64,000 bases of DNA from the NCBI GenBank assembly GCA_964016885.1, contig OZ024741.1:123628001-123692000 (forward strand), written 5' to 3'. Source of the DNA: Eledone cirrhosa. Lineage: Eukaryota. The notes under the pieces are model-generated. The model was not told the origin of the DNA. It saw only the letters and a list, made by a program, of their open reading frames with translations, and ran no database searches. This document shows, piece by piece, positions 14,770-28,183 of the stretch (positions are counted from its first letter, which is position 1; each line of letters opens with the position of its first letter). The translations under genes were made by a program, and so were the position numbers.

Positions 14770-15025
14770 AATAATTTCTTTATTGACCACAAGAGCCGAA
14801 ATATAGCAGAAAATACAATAGACAGGAGCAGTTGAGGTTTAGAGAAAAATCGAGAAATCTACGCAAAAAAACAATAACAATTAAAAATATATTCATAACA
14901 ATACAAATTCCCCAATAGGGGGCAGGACCCCACATGGGTGAGTCCAGAACCCTACCAATCCTGAACCACACGATGGTCCAAGAGCACGTTAGGAGGGCGC
15001 CTCTCTCCTCTCCAAATAAGTAGAT
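14770..15025 (-). mobile_element. 3' UTR fragment of the L1/Tx1 family
   Basis: The reverse complement resembles 21125-21390 (GAGGAGAG..GG(C/T)GCCC, CCCCCTATTGGGGAATTT, CTTGTGG(T/C)CAATAAA). Confidence 0.65.
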
Positions 15026-15884
15026 CAAAAATATTATGGATCTTACAACCTGGACAAATATTCATAATTGGACCTTGAAACCTAAGGTAGCGTTTTTGTT
15101 CCGTGGTATGAACATAAAATAAATAACATCATATATATACACATATATATGTGTGTGTGTGTGAGTGTATGTGTGTGTGTGAGTGTCTGTGTATGTGTGT
15201 GTGTGTTTGTGTGTAAGTGTTGTTATCAGCGTAAATCTACTGAACAATTCGCTACATAGCAATGCTGTTTTTGGATTTCATCCATCATATTTGTGCTCAC
15301 AAAATAGCCCTATTTCTAATTCCAACATCTGCCAATTTTTATCTAATTTCAACTCGAATAAACACGTGTATGTATTGACTACTATAATATATAGCCTAGT
15401 AAACTTTAGCTGAAACAAATGGTGTGTATCAGGTGCAGGCGACATTTTCAGAAACCAGCAGCAACCATAAACAAAACAACAAAAATAAATAGAAATAATA
15501 TGTCAAATCACTTAAAGTCGACATATTTCGTCAAAGGTTGCAGACATGATCTAGTACGGTGTGGAAAAACTGTCTATGTGCCAAATGTTTTCCCCACCAT
15601 TATTCTTTTTTGAACTGATGAAATCTCAAAAGAATATTTAAATATAAGGTAGGTAAGTATGAGGAGAAACCTAATTTTATGTTATGTGGGGATGACATAA
15701 TCAAAATGCTTCAACTCACACACTCACACACACAAGCACATAGAGAGGCACACACACACACAAACACACAAAACACACAAACGCAAAAGTACCAAACTGT
15801 ACCACAATTCAGTAGATGTAATAAGAAAATGGAAATAACGATAATTTTATATTATTATTAGTATTTGCACTATAATTACTGCTC

Positions 15885-16125
15885 TTGCATTGGCATTGTG
15901 TATAGAGCATCGGACAACATGCTACGCTGTATATAGTTTCCTCCCTTTACATTCGGAGTTCAAATCCTGCCGAGGTTAGATTTGCCTTTCGTCTTTACGT
16001 AGTCGATATAATAGTACCTAAATCGCCCTGATGTCGATTTAATCGACTTTCCTCTTCTCTGAAGCATTGTTGGACTTGTGTCTAAATTAAAAACCATTAT
16101 TATGTTATTATGCTATTATTATTAT
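15885..16125 (+). mobile_element. tRNA-derived SINE (Meta-domain-like family), degenerate
   Basis: B box GAGTTCAAATCC, central TTTGCCTTTC...GTCGAT, (TTA)n tail. Confidence 0.7.
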
Positions 16126-16319
16126 TAGTCTAAGCGGACGTATATTGCTCGCTCACAGTAAATCGCTTTATTTGCCTGTTAAAATTATTTGTTGTTAAAT
16201 ATTTCTTGTTGTGTAAGGAGACTTTGCCACGTGAAGGGGAAAGTATAATATTTGGGCCTTTTGGCCCAAATATTTGAACTTTTTTTTACATGTTAAAAAT
16301 TTACGAAGAAAAAAAAAAC

Positions 16320-18296
16320 ATGGCTGAACCACGCTCCCCCAGCGATATGTCGGCTGTCGTGCGACAACGACGTAGAAGTCAAGAGGAGCGCTACAGCGAA
16401 ATTAACACACATTGATAACATAAACACCACCACAAACAAGGTAAACAAAGACACCAATGATACCAATAAGAACACTAATTTTGAAAAAAATGACAGTAAC
16501 AACGACAACGAAAATACAGATAACAAAAAAAAATAACAAATACAACAACAATATCAACACCACTAACATGAAAACAAATACAGCAACACCAACAGCAATG
16601 ACAAGACCAACAGTAACAATACCAACTGCACCGAGAACAACGGTGGCAACAAAGACAACAATGATAACAGCGACAGTGCTAACAACAACACCAACAAGAA
16701 CAATGACAACAAAACCACCAACGAAAACAAGTAGAACACTTTCGCTGCGGCAGCAGCAAAAAAGAGGCCCTGCTTCAACATGGACCTCTCAAACAAAGAT
16801 GAAAAGTTGGCTTAGGCATGGAAGCTCATCAAGCAAGAGCAAACTTGGGCCAACTTAATTGTCCCGGTAGAAGTTATTGAGGCAGTGGAGCGCAAAACGG
16901 TGCATTATAGATGCATCTCAGCATAAACCAAAAGGGCAGCTTTAATACCACAAGAAGATGTCGAAGTCGTGTTGAGGTGCATCAGAGAAGACAGCCAGTA
17001 CACAGAGAGGGGCAGACAGTACGGCACCATTTCGGTGTTGTTAAAGTCAGAAGCCCTCGCTATGAAACACGCTATGACTCCTTGCAAAACCAGCAAGGTC
17101 ATAATGTACCCCTCCCACATGGGAAAAAGAACGGCCCGTCTCCGCATTCCCAGAATCCCACCAGGACATGACATGTGGTGGCTTCTGGAATGTGTGATTG
17201 TGGAGGGGACGGATACAGTGCCTATAGAAGTGACCAGAACGGCCAGAGAGGACTGGTCCGGGGTTGACCTGGAGATCCTTCTCCAGATCAGGCCCGAGAA
17301 TGTGAAGACAATCCCGGACCACATCCGCCTTCACATTATGACCGAAGGCAAAAAGCCGCAGTGTTTTGTTTGTGTGGAAAAAACCCATTTGCGAGCGTTC
17401 TGCCCTCAACTGCTGAAAGAGGCAAGGGGTCGAATGGCTCCACTGCTGCCGAGGCCGGGGCGAGGACCACAACCAACACTAGCACCGGCAAAACCACCTA
17501 CAACAACACCAATAGAAAGAGCACCGCCAAAATTGACAACCCAAGAGGGAAACGAGGAAAGCTGTCAAATTCCCCCTCCCCCCAAAAATACACACACCAA
17601 TAAAATCATAAACATACATACAGACACACCTACAGACACAGACCCCTCATCTACCAGTAGTGAACATGAGGGAAATCCAAAATCCCCCAAAATACAAAAA
17701 AGGAAACACAAAAAGAAAAAAAAAATCAACAAAGCACAAAAGAACCAACAATACAAAACACACACACCACCCACGCAAACATCTCTCCAATAACACCAAC
17801 ATCAACACCACCATCACCATCACCAGAATCCCCCAAACGCAAACAACCGAAACAGACGCAAGAACAAATATACAGACAAACATCTGAAACCACAGACACC
17901 GCACTCACAACAAACACAGATACAACCGAAACAACACCACCAAAATCATCACCACCACAGCCACGCAAACAAATAAAATCACACCAACAAAACATACAAA
18001 ACTTCGTGCTCGTCAGGAGGGCCAACAAGGAACTGATGGCCCTCGTAGCACGAAGTGAAAATATACAAGAAAAGGGGGAAATTTTTAAATCGAGCACATT
18101 TCGCGTGCCGGAAGATTTGGTTCTGGTGCGAATGTCGCTCGACATATTCAAAGAAATACGAGACAGCTTTCCTCGGGACGTGGGAACCCCGAACGTAAAA
18201 CCCACTTCAAGACTTTTAAAGGGGTTCCCAAAAGAAATCCCACTAACTATGGAGGTCGAACAACCCGACCTTCACAAGAGCCCGGAAGGTAAGTAA
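16320..18296 (+). pseudogene. Tx1-like ORF1 (Asn/Thr-rich ends, zinc knuckle), fragmented
   Basis: ATG at 16320, several stops and frameshifts; ORFs 16969-17793 and 18006-18296 are pieces of it. Confidence 0.7.
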
Positions 18297-18347
18297 ACCT
18301 TCCTCTCTCTCTTTTTAACCTGCCAACATCGCCGTATTAAGAGTAGG

Positions 18348-21113
18348 ATGTTTAAATGTTCGAGGCCTGGGATCGTCCTTGAAGCAGAGTCACTGCTCAA
18401 CGACCTCAGGTCTATAGAAATGGATGTAATTGCAGTCATCAAAACCAGGATTTCCGACACGCGCGCACTAGCCCCCATTTTCGACGACTATCAGATATTT
18501 GCATCTGTTAACCGGCCGGGAATGAAAAGCGGGGTGGCAGTGCTGTTTAAGAAAGGCCTGGATCTCGAGGTAAGGTCGATCTTCCGGGACCCGGACGGTA
18601 AGTTGGTGGTCCTGGACCTGAACAATAATGAAGTTGGTGCCTTTAGACTGGTGGCCGTCTATGCTCCTATTGGGGCAGGACGGCCGGACTTCTTTAGACG
18701 CCTGGAAGTCTTTCTGGGTACGTCTCGCCCTTTACTGTTAGCGGGGGACTGGAACGGCATCTTAGACGCACGTTGGGACTGTGTGGGGGTATCCGATAGG
18801 AGCGGGGGGTGCAAAAGACTCAAGAACCTGATCAGCCAGTTCCAACTGTCTGACAGGTACCGACTAGATTTCCCTAATGCGCCAGTGTGTACCTGGGCTA
18901 ACCGCATAGGGTCATCTATAACGTATATAGACAGGATATTCATTAGGAAAATAGACAGAAATAGTGTAAGCTGTCCACGTTTTGAAACGGTCGCCTATTC
19001 AGATCAAAAGTTTGTGATCTGTATGGTCGACCTAGACAAGACGCGTAGGTTGGGACCTGGTTACTGGAAGCTAAACATGTCATTTTCGGCACGTAAGGCT
19101 TACAGGGACCAGGTCAACAATTTAGTTAAGAAAAAGTTGACAGGGGGAGTCGTCAAAAATAGATGGTGAGGGGGCTCTCAAAAGAGAGATTAGAGTAATG
19201 TCGATAGAGTTTAGCAAAGAAGTAGGATTAGAGAAAAATAGAAAGGAGGGGGAGTTGGTAGATAAGTTAGACGAGCCTATTGGTAGTGGCATTGCAACTG
19301 ATGTGCTAGCGGCGAGAATAGCAGTAGACCATTTCTTCAATGCGAAACAGGAAGGTTGCATTGTTAGAACTAAGGCGCGTGCTCTGCGAAACGAGGGAAC
19401 CAAAGCGGTTCGATGGTCCCGCGTGGTAGCGGCGCAGCGTGGAAATAAAACCACGATCTGATCAATTTAGATAAATCGAAAGCATTCGATAGGGTCGACC
19501 ATCGGTACCTGGAGGCTGTCCTCAAGGCGGCTGGCTTCGGCCCCGTCTTCAGAAGCTGGATCGCTGCAATGTACAGCGGCACCTGCTCGATGGTCAAAAT
19601 TAATGGCCACCTCTCGCAACCGTTTCAGGTCTCCCTATTGGTCCGTCAAGGGTTCCCTCTCACCTCCCGTCTGTACGTATTGACTCTCGAGCCTTTACTG
19701 CGGAAGCTGGAGCTGTTGCAGGGCATGCCGCTCGAACCGGGACGCGGAAAGGCTGTGGTGTCGGCTTATGCGGACGACATCACTGTGATGGTGTCGGACA
19801 CCTCAGAAATCGAGGTGGTCGGCAACTTATTGGATGAATATGAAAGGTTCACGGGAGCAAAACTTAACCTGAAAAAGTCAGTGGGCTTTCAACTCGGCAC
19901 CTGGAGAGGCAAGTCCATGCCGTCCAACAGCGTCGATAGGCGCTGGACGGATGGACCGGTAAAGTTGCTAGGGGTTTGGTTCGGGCTAGACCTCCAGGTG
20001 GATAAGAATTGGGACGAGCTGACGGGCAAGGTAGTCAGTCTCACCCAGAAATGGGCTGGGATGAAGCTATCACTGAAAGATCGGGCGGAGGTGGCGAACG
20101 CGTACATCGCGTCCGTCACCTACTACCGTCTGACTGTCGTCCCTTGCCCCCGTTCGCGCCTCGCCATCTTGGAGCGGCTCCTCTTCAGATTCTTGAGGAG
20201 GGGTCAGGTTCCGCTGGTGAGGCGGTCCATCTGCTGCCAGAACCCTCTACGTGGAGGGCTGGGCATGCCGTGGCTAATGATGCGCAGGCACGCGCTGAGG
20301 CTGCAGCATCTCCAGATATTCTGCCTAAACGATGAACAGGTGTGGTCGCCGTTTGTCAGACGGGTCTTTCCGCAGCTCGTGTTTTTGACTGAGTTGCAGT
20401 CCTGGGTCAAGAAGAGACCGAGACTGGGTGACTGGCATCTGGAACGTTGCCAGACACTCACTGCCCTCTACCAGGCGGGCAAGGCGGTCAGTGAAACTTC
20501 CACTCTCGAGTTCTATAGAGGATTAGTGGTGGGCAAGTGCGACGACGCACTCGGAGAGGCTCTGGGAGTCAACGAAGTCGAACTAACCAGTCTGTACCGG
20601 AGGACTTTCGAGCCGGGGACGATGGATAGTTTCCCAAAATCCCTCGCTTGGCAGTGCTACTTGGGGGGGGGGGGCACTGCCGGTTCGAGATAAACTCTAC
20701 AGACACGGAAGTGCTGTCAGACGGACCTGCCCGAGATGCGCGCAGAGCGACGAAACCGTTCTGACTTGTGGAGTTATGTTGAACAGCTGTTGTCGCGTAT
20801 AGACCGGATCTGGCTATCGGCCGAGTCCATAGTGAAGATAGACCCGCCGCATTCTTTTGGCCAGGAAGGGCAGGCAATTTTCCTCTGTCTGGAGGCAGTA
20901 GCGAAAGAGGTAGTATGGTGGACGAGGTTGAAAGGACTGAAGACAGACACTTTTCTCTTCGGCCAATCCCTCATCAACTTTTTCAAGTTTAACTTGGAAA
21001 GGAGGGTGAGGGTGGAGAGAGAAGTGCTGCCCCCCAGTTCATTTGCTGAAAGGTGGGTGAATGTGGCGAGAATGGCCCGTGTGGGTGGGCCTACTCTGGT
21101 CATGGGGCTGTAG
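18348..21113 (+). pseudogene. Tx1-like ORF2 (APE endonuclease + RT), fragmented
   Basis: Pieces at 18348-19169, 19198-19461, 19458-20693 and 20736-21113. Confidence 0.9.
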
Positions 21114-21411
21114 GTAGGTAAATTTGAAGAGGAGAGGGTGCCCTTCCAGGGTGCTCTCGAAGCGTCGGTTCGTTCAGGACTGGTGGAGTACCTGAGCGAA
21201 CGCTAGGTGGTCATCCCCCCTATTGGGGAATTTTTTCTTGTTGTAATTTTCTTGTTACTTTATTGTTACTTTTTTATTGTTACTTTGTTATTGTTATTCA
21301 TATTGTTTACTCTATTTTTCTGTAAAACCCCACTGCCCCAGTCTTTTGTATTGTCCCCTATATGCCGACCCTTGTGGCCAATAAATGAAATCATTATTAT
21401 TACTATTATTA

Positions 21412-21625
21412 AGGGCCGTGGATTGGCAGTATCGGTAGAGGGTCGGACGCTATGCTTTCCAGAATAGTTACGTCCCTTTACAGTCTGTGTTCAAATCCCG
21501 TCGAGGTTAACTTTGCCTTTCATCCTTACGAGGTCGATAAAATAAAGTACCAGTAATGCACTGGTTAATTGCTGGCCTTGTGCCAAAAGTAGAAACAATT
21601 ATTATTATTATTATTATGTTATTAT
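21412..21625 (+). mobile_element. Meta-domain-like tRNA SINE
   Basis: A box TGGCAGTATCGG, B box GTTCAAATCC, GCCTTTCATCCTTACGAGGTCGATAAAATAAAGTACCAG, (TTA)n tail. Confidence 0.85.
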
Positions 21626-21736
21626 GCTAGTAAGAACAATACTAGCAGTAGGACAAATAAAAGGAAAATCTCGAATATATGTGTATGTCTGTACACGAAA
21701 ATAGTCACTCATAGACACACACATAAATAAGAACAC

Positions 21737-21795
<59 letters not shown>

Positions 21796-21816
21796 ATATA
21801 TATATATATATGTATG

Positions 21817-21899
<83 letters not shown>

Positions 21900-22270
21900 G
21901 TAAAAAGAAAAAGAGATGAAATCGAAAATGCAACTGGAGTCTTATTTTTTTTTTTTTTTTTTTTTTAAATATATATTTATTTGGTTCCTTTACCGGTTTC
22001 GCAGTTCTTCTGCTTTTCAAAAGGTGAGTTGAGATGGAGGGTCTGTGGTTTTTCTCAGAAAAACCACAGACCCTCCATCTCAACTCACCTTTTGAAAAGC
22101 AGAAGAACTGCGAAACCGGTAAAGGAACCAAATAAATATATATTTAAAAAAAAAAAAAATAAATAAAATAAGACTCCAGTTGCATTTTCGATTTCATCTC
22201 TTTTTCTTTATACTTTCACTCGTGTAGGACACCTCGGTTATTTTTCATTTTGTAAAAAAAAAAAACTCAC

Positions 22271-22277
<7 letters not shown>
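21900..22277 (+). mobile_element. Fold-back element, family E
   Basis: Near-perfect ~156-bp arms centred on 22056; GAAAC-CG-GTA at 22112-22121; tail 22214-22277; TA tracts on both sides. Confidence 0.85.
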
Positions 22278-22327
<50 letters not shown>

Positions 22328-22520
22328 ATATATATTATGTATATATATATATATATTATGTATATATATATATATATATTATGTATATATATATATATAT
22401 TATGTATATATATATATATTATGTATATATATATATATATATATTATGTATATATATATATATATATTATGTATATATATATATATTATGTATATATATA
22501 TATTATGTATATATATATAT

Positions 22521-22551
<31 letters not shown>

Positions 22552-22595
22552 TATGTATATATATATATTATGTATATATATATATATATATTATG

Positions 22596-22662
<67 letters not shown>

Positions 22663-22668
22663 GTATAT

Positions 22669-22740
<72 letters not shown>
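22278..22740. repeat. (TA)n tract with reiterated TTATG, then ATGT, interruptions
   Basis: About a dozen (TA)n-TTATG units of variable n, all in one orientation. Confidence 0.95.
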
Positions 22741-22747
<7 letters not shown>

Positions 22748-23080
22748 CACACAAAAACGTTGATAAGAATATATTTTTTAGGCTGGCGTGTTAGACTCGA
22801 TTCTGTTCGGAATTCTACAATTCTATTGCGTTGTACCCTCACCCTCTCAATGCTCCACTCCCTCGCTTTCCCTCTCTCAACATTCTTTCACTGTTTATCA
22901 AGAGATACGTTATGTTGTCTTAATTCCTTTGATTGTTAGCAGTAAGTAAAGGTGAAGGAGTATGTCTGCAAATCAAACCTCCAAGACATGTGCCACTATC
23001 ATGAGGATGTAATTAAATGCTTACAATCGTTTTTAATGATCTCCTGAAAAACAACTGCGCGAGTCTGTATATATATATAG

Positions 23081-23131
<51 letters not shown>

Positions 23132-24159
23132 TATATGCCTCTGTGTGTAACTGTGTATACCTGTGTGAGTATGTACGTTTGAATGTGCGTGTACATTATA
23201 CATTTATATTAAAATACAATCCATATTCTCTGGAATTAGTATAGAAAGATTGAAGAAGAAATATGAGGAAAATGTGGCATGTGAACTCTACATTCTATAG
23301 AGTAATGGATTTTATATTTTACATGTATATGATAAATGGGAACAGGCTTGCCAGAAATTATTTGACTTGGGAAGAAGAAGGGAGGTAAATGAGATAGAGT
23401 AATATAAAGATACGGTGATGGAAATATTTTACACAATATATGAACGATAAACACCAGAATTTCGGGCTTTCTTCGAATACAAAACGCTGATGCAAAGTTG
23501 TAAAGAATGGCAAAATAGTGTAAGCACTGTCCACTGTCTAAACGATGTTGACTTTTTAGGTTTGTGTAGACAACCTTCTCTAGCGTGTGGGGCGATTCCG
23601 GCTAACAGTTGAATTCACCGTGAAGATAGCCCCGCTGTCCTTTAGTCGCTGTCCTTTAGCTGGGAAGCACAGTGAGTTTTTATCTGCCTGATGGTTAGGG
23701 CTTCTCTTCGCGGTTTAACGTTTTAAGTTTATACTTGTAGGGGAAAACCAGGGAGGAGAGCGAAGTGCTGTCTTCTATCTATTTTGCTAAAAGGTGGGTA
23801 AGAGTGGTGAGCATAGCATTAGAGAATAGACATCTGAGTATGCTCCTATAGATTTAAGGAAGATAACTAAGGGTCAGAGTGACCATGGATTTGTGTTGGC
23901 TTTTTCCACAATTGACCCAAAGAATTTTCCGTTTTTTGAGGGTTTTGTTTTTGTTTGAATTATTGAGATTTCATAGTTTCCGTTAAAAAACCGACACTAT
24001 CGTTCTGCCAGTTACCCTAACGAGGTAGGTTTGAAATAGTGTCTGTCTGTTCGTCATTCTATTGGAATGTAAACGTTTAGTGACAGCATCATACCTGCTT
24101 CCAAGTCATATTGTATTGCCAGCGATAGCTGCAGCTTTGTTAATATTATTGTTAATATT

Positions 24160-24488
24160 AGGGCGGTGGATTGGCAGCATTGGTAGAGGGTAGGACGCCA
24201 TGCTTTGACGCAGAGTTACCGCCCTTGCCATTCTGAGTTCAAATCCCGCTGAGGTTAACTTTGCCTTTCATCCTTGCGGGGACGATAAAATAAAGTACCA
24301 GTAATCCACTAGATAATTGCTAGCCTTGTGCCAAAAGTTGAAACAATTATTATTGTTAATTATTATTTTCAGTGTTAAATCCTGCCGAGGTTAACTTTGC
24401 CTTTCATCCTTGCGGGGTCAATAAAATAAAGTACCAGTAATCCACTGGATATTTGCTGGCCTTGTGCCAAAAGTAGAAACAATTATTT
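24160..24488 (+). mobile_element. Meta-domain-like SINE (24160-24345) plus a tandem 5'-truncated copy (24377-24488)
   Basis: Same A/B boxes and central domain; TATTATTGTTAAT on both sides of the first copy (possible TSD). Confidence 0.85.
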
Positions 24489-25029
24489 TCAGTGTTAATA
24501 TCCTTACTATTATTACGTTTAAAGGTAAGCTCAGTGAGTAAGGGAAATCGTTAGAACGTCTGACAAAATGCTTAGCAATATATGTTCCAACACTTTACGT
24601 TCTGAGTTCAAGACATGCGGTGTGCAAGTTAATCTTTCATCCATCCAAAATTGATCAAATAATGTACTAATCACGGAGAATGTGTGGAGACAATATCAGA
24701 GTAGTTTCTAACGTTTGTTATCGCTACAGATGAAAGAATCGCTACTATAATCCTGGAAAACCTTTTCTGAAAATTCTGCAGTACTTCACATTGATGCGAA
24801 ATAGACAGTAGCGTTCGATTTAAGTGATCATACAGTTACCTTTGGTCCTATAAACTGTGTTATCTTTTTAAGTACTCACTATATATCGATAATATTTCTA
24901 CTTTGATCTAGTTAGATTATTTCCTTACCGAATGATAATAGTGAGCAAATAATAGATGTTTATATATATATATATATATATATAGTGACGAAACATAAGT
25001 CAATTGCATGAACTAATAATCCTTTATTT

Positions 25030-25069
25030 ACTGCCATATATATTTCGATGATAGCCATCATCATGCAGT
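25030..25069 (-). ncRNA. Decayed hammerhead ribozyme, probably in an old PLE 3' end
   Basis: ACTGC-ATGATGA-tggctatcatc-GAAAT-at-ATA-TGGCAGT followed by AATAAA, close to a TA tract. Confidence 0.45.
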
Positions 25070-26092
25070 TAGATATGCCAGCTCTGTGTTTATAGTGTTG
25101 ATGGTATCAGAGCCTTGGGACATATGAGCTTGTTAGGTATAATTTAATGTTGTCAGCAGGAATAGTCTTAATTCTCATTGGTCAGTTTGTAGAGGCTAGT
25201 AGGGTTGGTATTTGACCTCAAAGAGGCAGGTGGTGTTGTAAAGTTCAAACCATCAGGCAAGATGACAATAGTTCCATATGACTGATTTTCACAAAAAGCA
25301 TTCCTGGTCAGATATATATTCAATTAAGGTTAATAGTATGAAATAGATACTACAGGTCATTCTTAAATTGAGGAATTTATGTGGAGTGGTGCTACTGAAA
25401 ATTATGGTTAGAGTAGAAAATTTACAAATAAAAGGACTTATGTAGATTGGCTTGCACGTAAACTCACACCCACCTCCACAGACACACACACTCATCCACA
25501 CATACAAATTGAGGAATTAATGAATTAATGTGGGGTGGTAATGCTTAAAATAATGGTTAGAGTCAAATACTTAGATAGTTTAGAAAATTTATGTGTGTGT
25601 GTATGAAGGTTTTCTGAAGGTTTAAAACGAAATATGCCGCACAATTGAACTGAATGTAGAACCACGCGTCTGCGACGTGAATGAGTTAACCCCACAAGAA
25701 TGTCAGCGCCTATCTCACTTTCTCTCTTTTCTATCTCTCTTTCCCTTTTTTCTCTCTCTCTCCCTCCTTTCTTTTTCTCTTTCTCTCTCTCCCTATCTCT
25801 CCTCTCTGTACATGTATTGTTTTATATTCATATTATGCAAATGAAAAAGAAATGCTGGATAGTGTTTGTGAGTAAGTGAATCACTCGAGATGCATGAAAA
25901 CCTGTTAATTTTATTTTAGCTGCAATCTTTGGTAGCTACCACACCTGAGTAGCTTGTGGAATAGATGATTTCTATGAATTGCAGCGAGATATAAACACAT
26001 AACATCTCCAAAATAAAGCAACGCATAATGGCTTTTCAGTGTATATCTTCCTTATGTCGTGTTGACGTTGCTGGTTTATTATTTAGTATGAA

Positions 26093-26963
26093 AGGGCAGT
26101 GGATTGGCAAAATCAGTAGAGCATCGGACAACATGCTTTGCAGCATAGAGTTATGGTCCTTTATGTTCTGAATTCAAATCACGCCGAGGTTAACTTTGCC
26201 TTTCATCCTTACGGGGTTGATAAAATAAAGCACCAGTAATGCACTGGGTAATTGCTGGCCTCGTGCCAAAATTACAAACAATTATTTACTATGAAATGCG
26301 TGATGAGTGTTATAATAATTGTATCTATTTTTGGCACAAGGCCAGCAATTATCCCAGTGCATTACAGGTACTTTATTTTATCGACTAAATAAGGATGAAA
26401 GGCAAAGCATGGTATCCGACCTCTACTGATACTGCCAATCCACCGCCCTGATGATGGTTATAATAATTATTTCTACTTTTGGCACAAGGCCAGCACGTAC
26501 ACCAGTACATTACTGGTACTTTATTTCATCGACCCCGTAAGGATGAAAGGCAAAGTTAACCTCGGCGGGATTTGAACTCAGACCATAAAGTGCCGTAACT
26601 CTGTGTTGCAAAGCATGGCGTCGGCCCTCTACCGATGCTGCCAATCCACCATTATAATAATTGTTTCTACTTTTGGCACCAGGCCAGCAATTACCCAGTG
26701 CATTATTTTATCGACCTCTTAAGGATGAAAGTCAAAGTTAACCTCGGCGTTAATCCACCGTTATAATAATTGTTTCTACTTTAGACACAAGGCCAGCAAA
26801 TTACCAGTGCATTACTGGTACTTTATTTTATCGACCCCGTAAGGATTAAAGGCAAAGTCAACCTCGGCGGGATTTGAACTCAGATCGTAAAGGGACGTAA
26901 CTATGCTGGAAAGCATGGCGTCCGACCCTCTACGGATACTGCCAATCCACTGCCAATCCACCG
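26093..26963. mobile_element. Cluster of five Meta-domain-like SINEs (one +, four -)
   Basis: Plus copy at 26093-26287. Minus copies at about 26318-26449, 26460-26651, 26653-26760 and 26761-26963, two of them internally deleted. Confidence 0.85.
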
Positions 26964-27489
26964 TTATAATAATGACATTCAAAATCATGACATGCAAGAG
27001 GACGTATAAAATTAATGTCCATCATGGTGATTGTGATGGAGATTGTGATGATGTTTGTGGATATAGCGATGCTGATGTTGATGATGAACATAACAATGAC
27101 AATGATCACGGTGATGATTATGATGAGGATGATAACGATGTTGAGGAGGAGGAGAAAAATAGTGTTGATTACAGATCACTTAATTTTTTATTTTTCTTAT
27201 AATAATTTTTTTAACCAGTAATGGTTGGTGATATATTTGCAAAGTTTTTTCTGCTTCACAAATGTTACGTATCCTCTTATTTATCCTCTATTTGATATCT
27301 CTTTTATCATACTTTGAACAACATCATAAACGTAAAATTGATGTATATATATTTAAATAACTTTATAGGCTGAAATCAAATCAATTAATATTGAATCAAA
27401 AACTTCACAGAATAAACACGTATACTTGTTTCAAAGATAATAATTCATTCATCATTTTTTTCCACATATATATTTTGTTTATGTTCGCA

Positions 27490-27527
<38 letters not shown>

Positions 27528-28085
27528 ACACTTACACACACGCACACACACACACAAACATATATATATATAAAAGAAGTATTTCCGTAGGAAAGGTAAA
27601 GGAAAAAAGAGTGCTCTATGTTGTGTAATAAACAACATAAGATAATTAATTCATTTGCCAGTGCTCTCTTGAAGAGCTTGACACTTATGTCCGTCTTCAT
27701 TCATCAGAAAAAAAAGTTATTATTAAATGTGATATGGGTTTTAAAACAGAGTTTAGAATAAATGAAAGTGAGGCTGAAATAAAATAACGGGCATAAATTG
27801 AGGGAAAAAAATTATAAATATCCAAATACATAAACAAACACAAACTCACGCAAATACGTAATAGTACGTAAACTTTTACAATCACACATAGGTATATGTG
27901 CATCTACATGGAAATACAAATACGCACATATACGTGCGATGTTTCGCTCACATATGCGCACACACAGTCACAAAATCACACACGTACTCAATATTAACGT
28001 ATAAATATATATACACACATCACTTTATATATACACATATAAATATATATACACACATCACTCTATATATACACATATAAATATA

Positions 28086-28181
<96 letters not shown>

Positions 28182-28183
<2 letters not shown>

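Larger units (their letters stand above)
16126..21392 (+). mobile_element. L1/Tx1-clade non-LTR retrotransposon, near full length, frameshifted and internally deleted
   Basis: ORF1 remnants with a CCHC knuckle (CFVCVEKTHLRAFC). APE endonuclease 18348-19169 (VAVYAP, GDWN, IDRIF, SDQ, GPGYWKLN). RT motifs LDKSKAFDRVDH, VRQGFPL and AYADD. 3' UTR with AATAAA followed by (ATT)n. Confidence 0.93.

Noticed and set aside
23220-24120. Possible old LINE 3' fragment on the minus strand
   Set aside because: No convincing protein motif recovered by eye.
26318-26963. Repeated units resembling a CRISPR-like array
   Set aside because: They are tandem SINE copies with no unique spacers, in a eukaryotic context.
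26903-27221. Asp-rich and Met-rich short ORFs
   Set aside because: Degenerate (GAT)n trinucleotide repeat.
27409-27720. Two further HHR-like remnants on the minus strand (also 3273-3305 + and 35840-35865 +)
   Set aside because: Cores or stems are too eroded to support individually.
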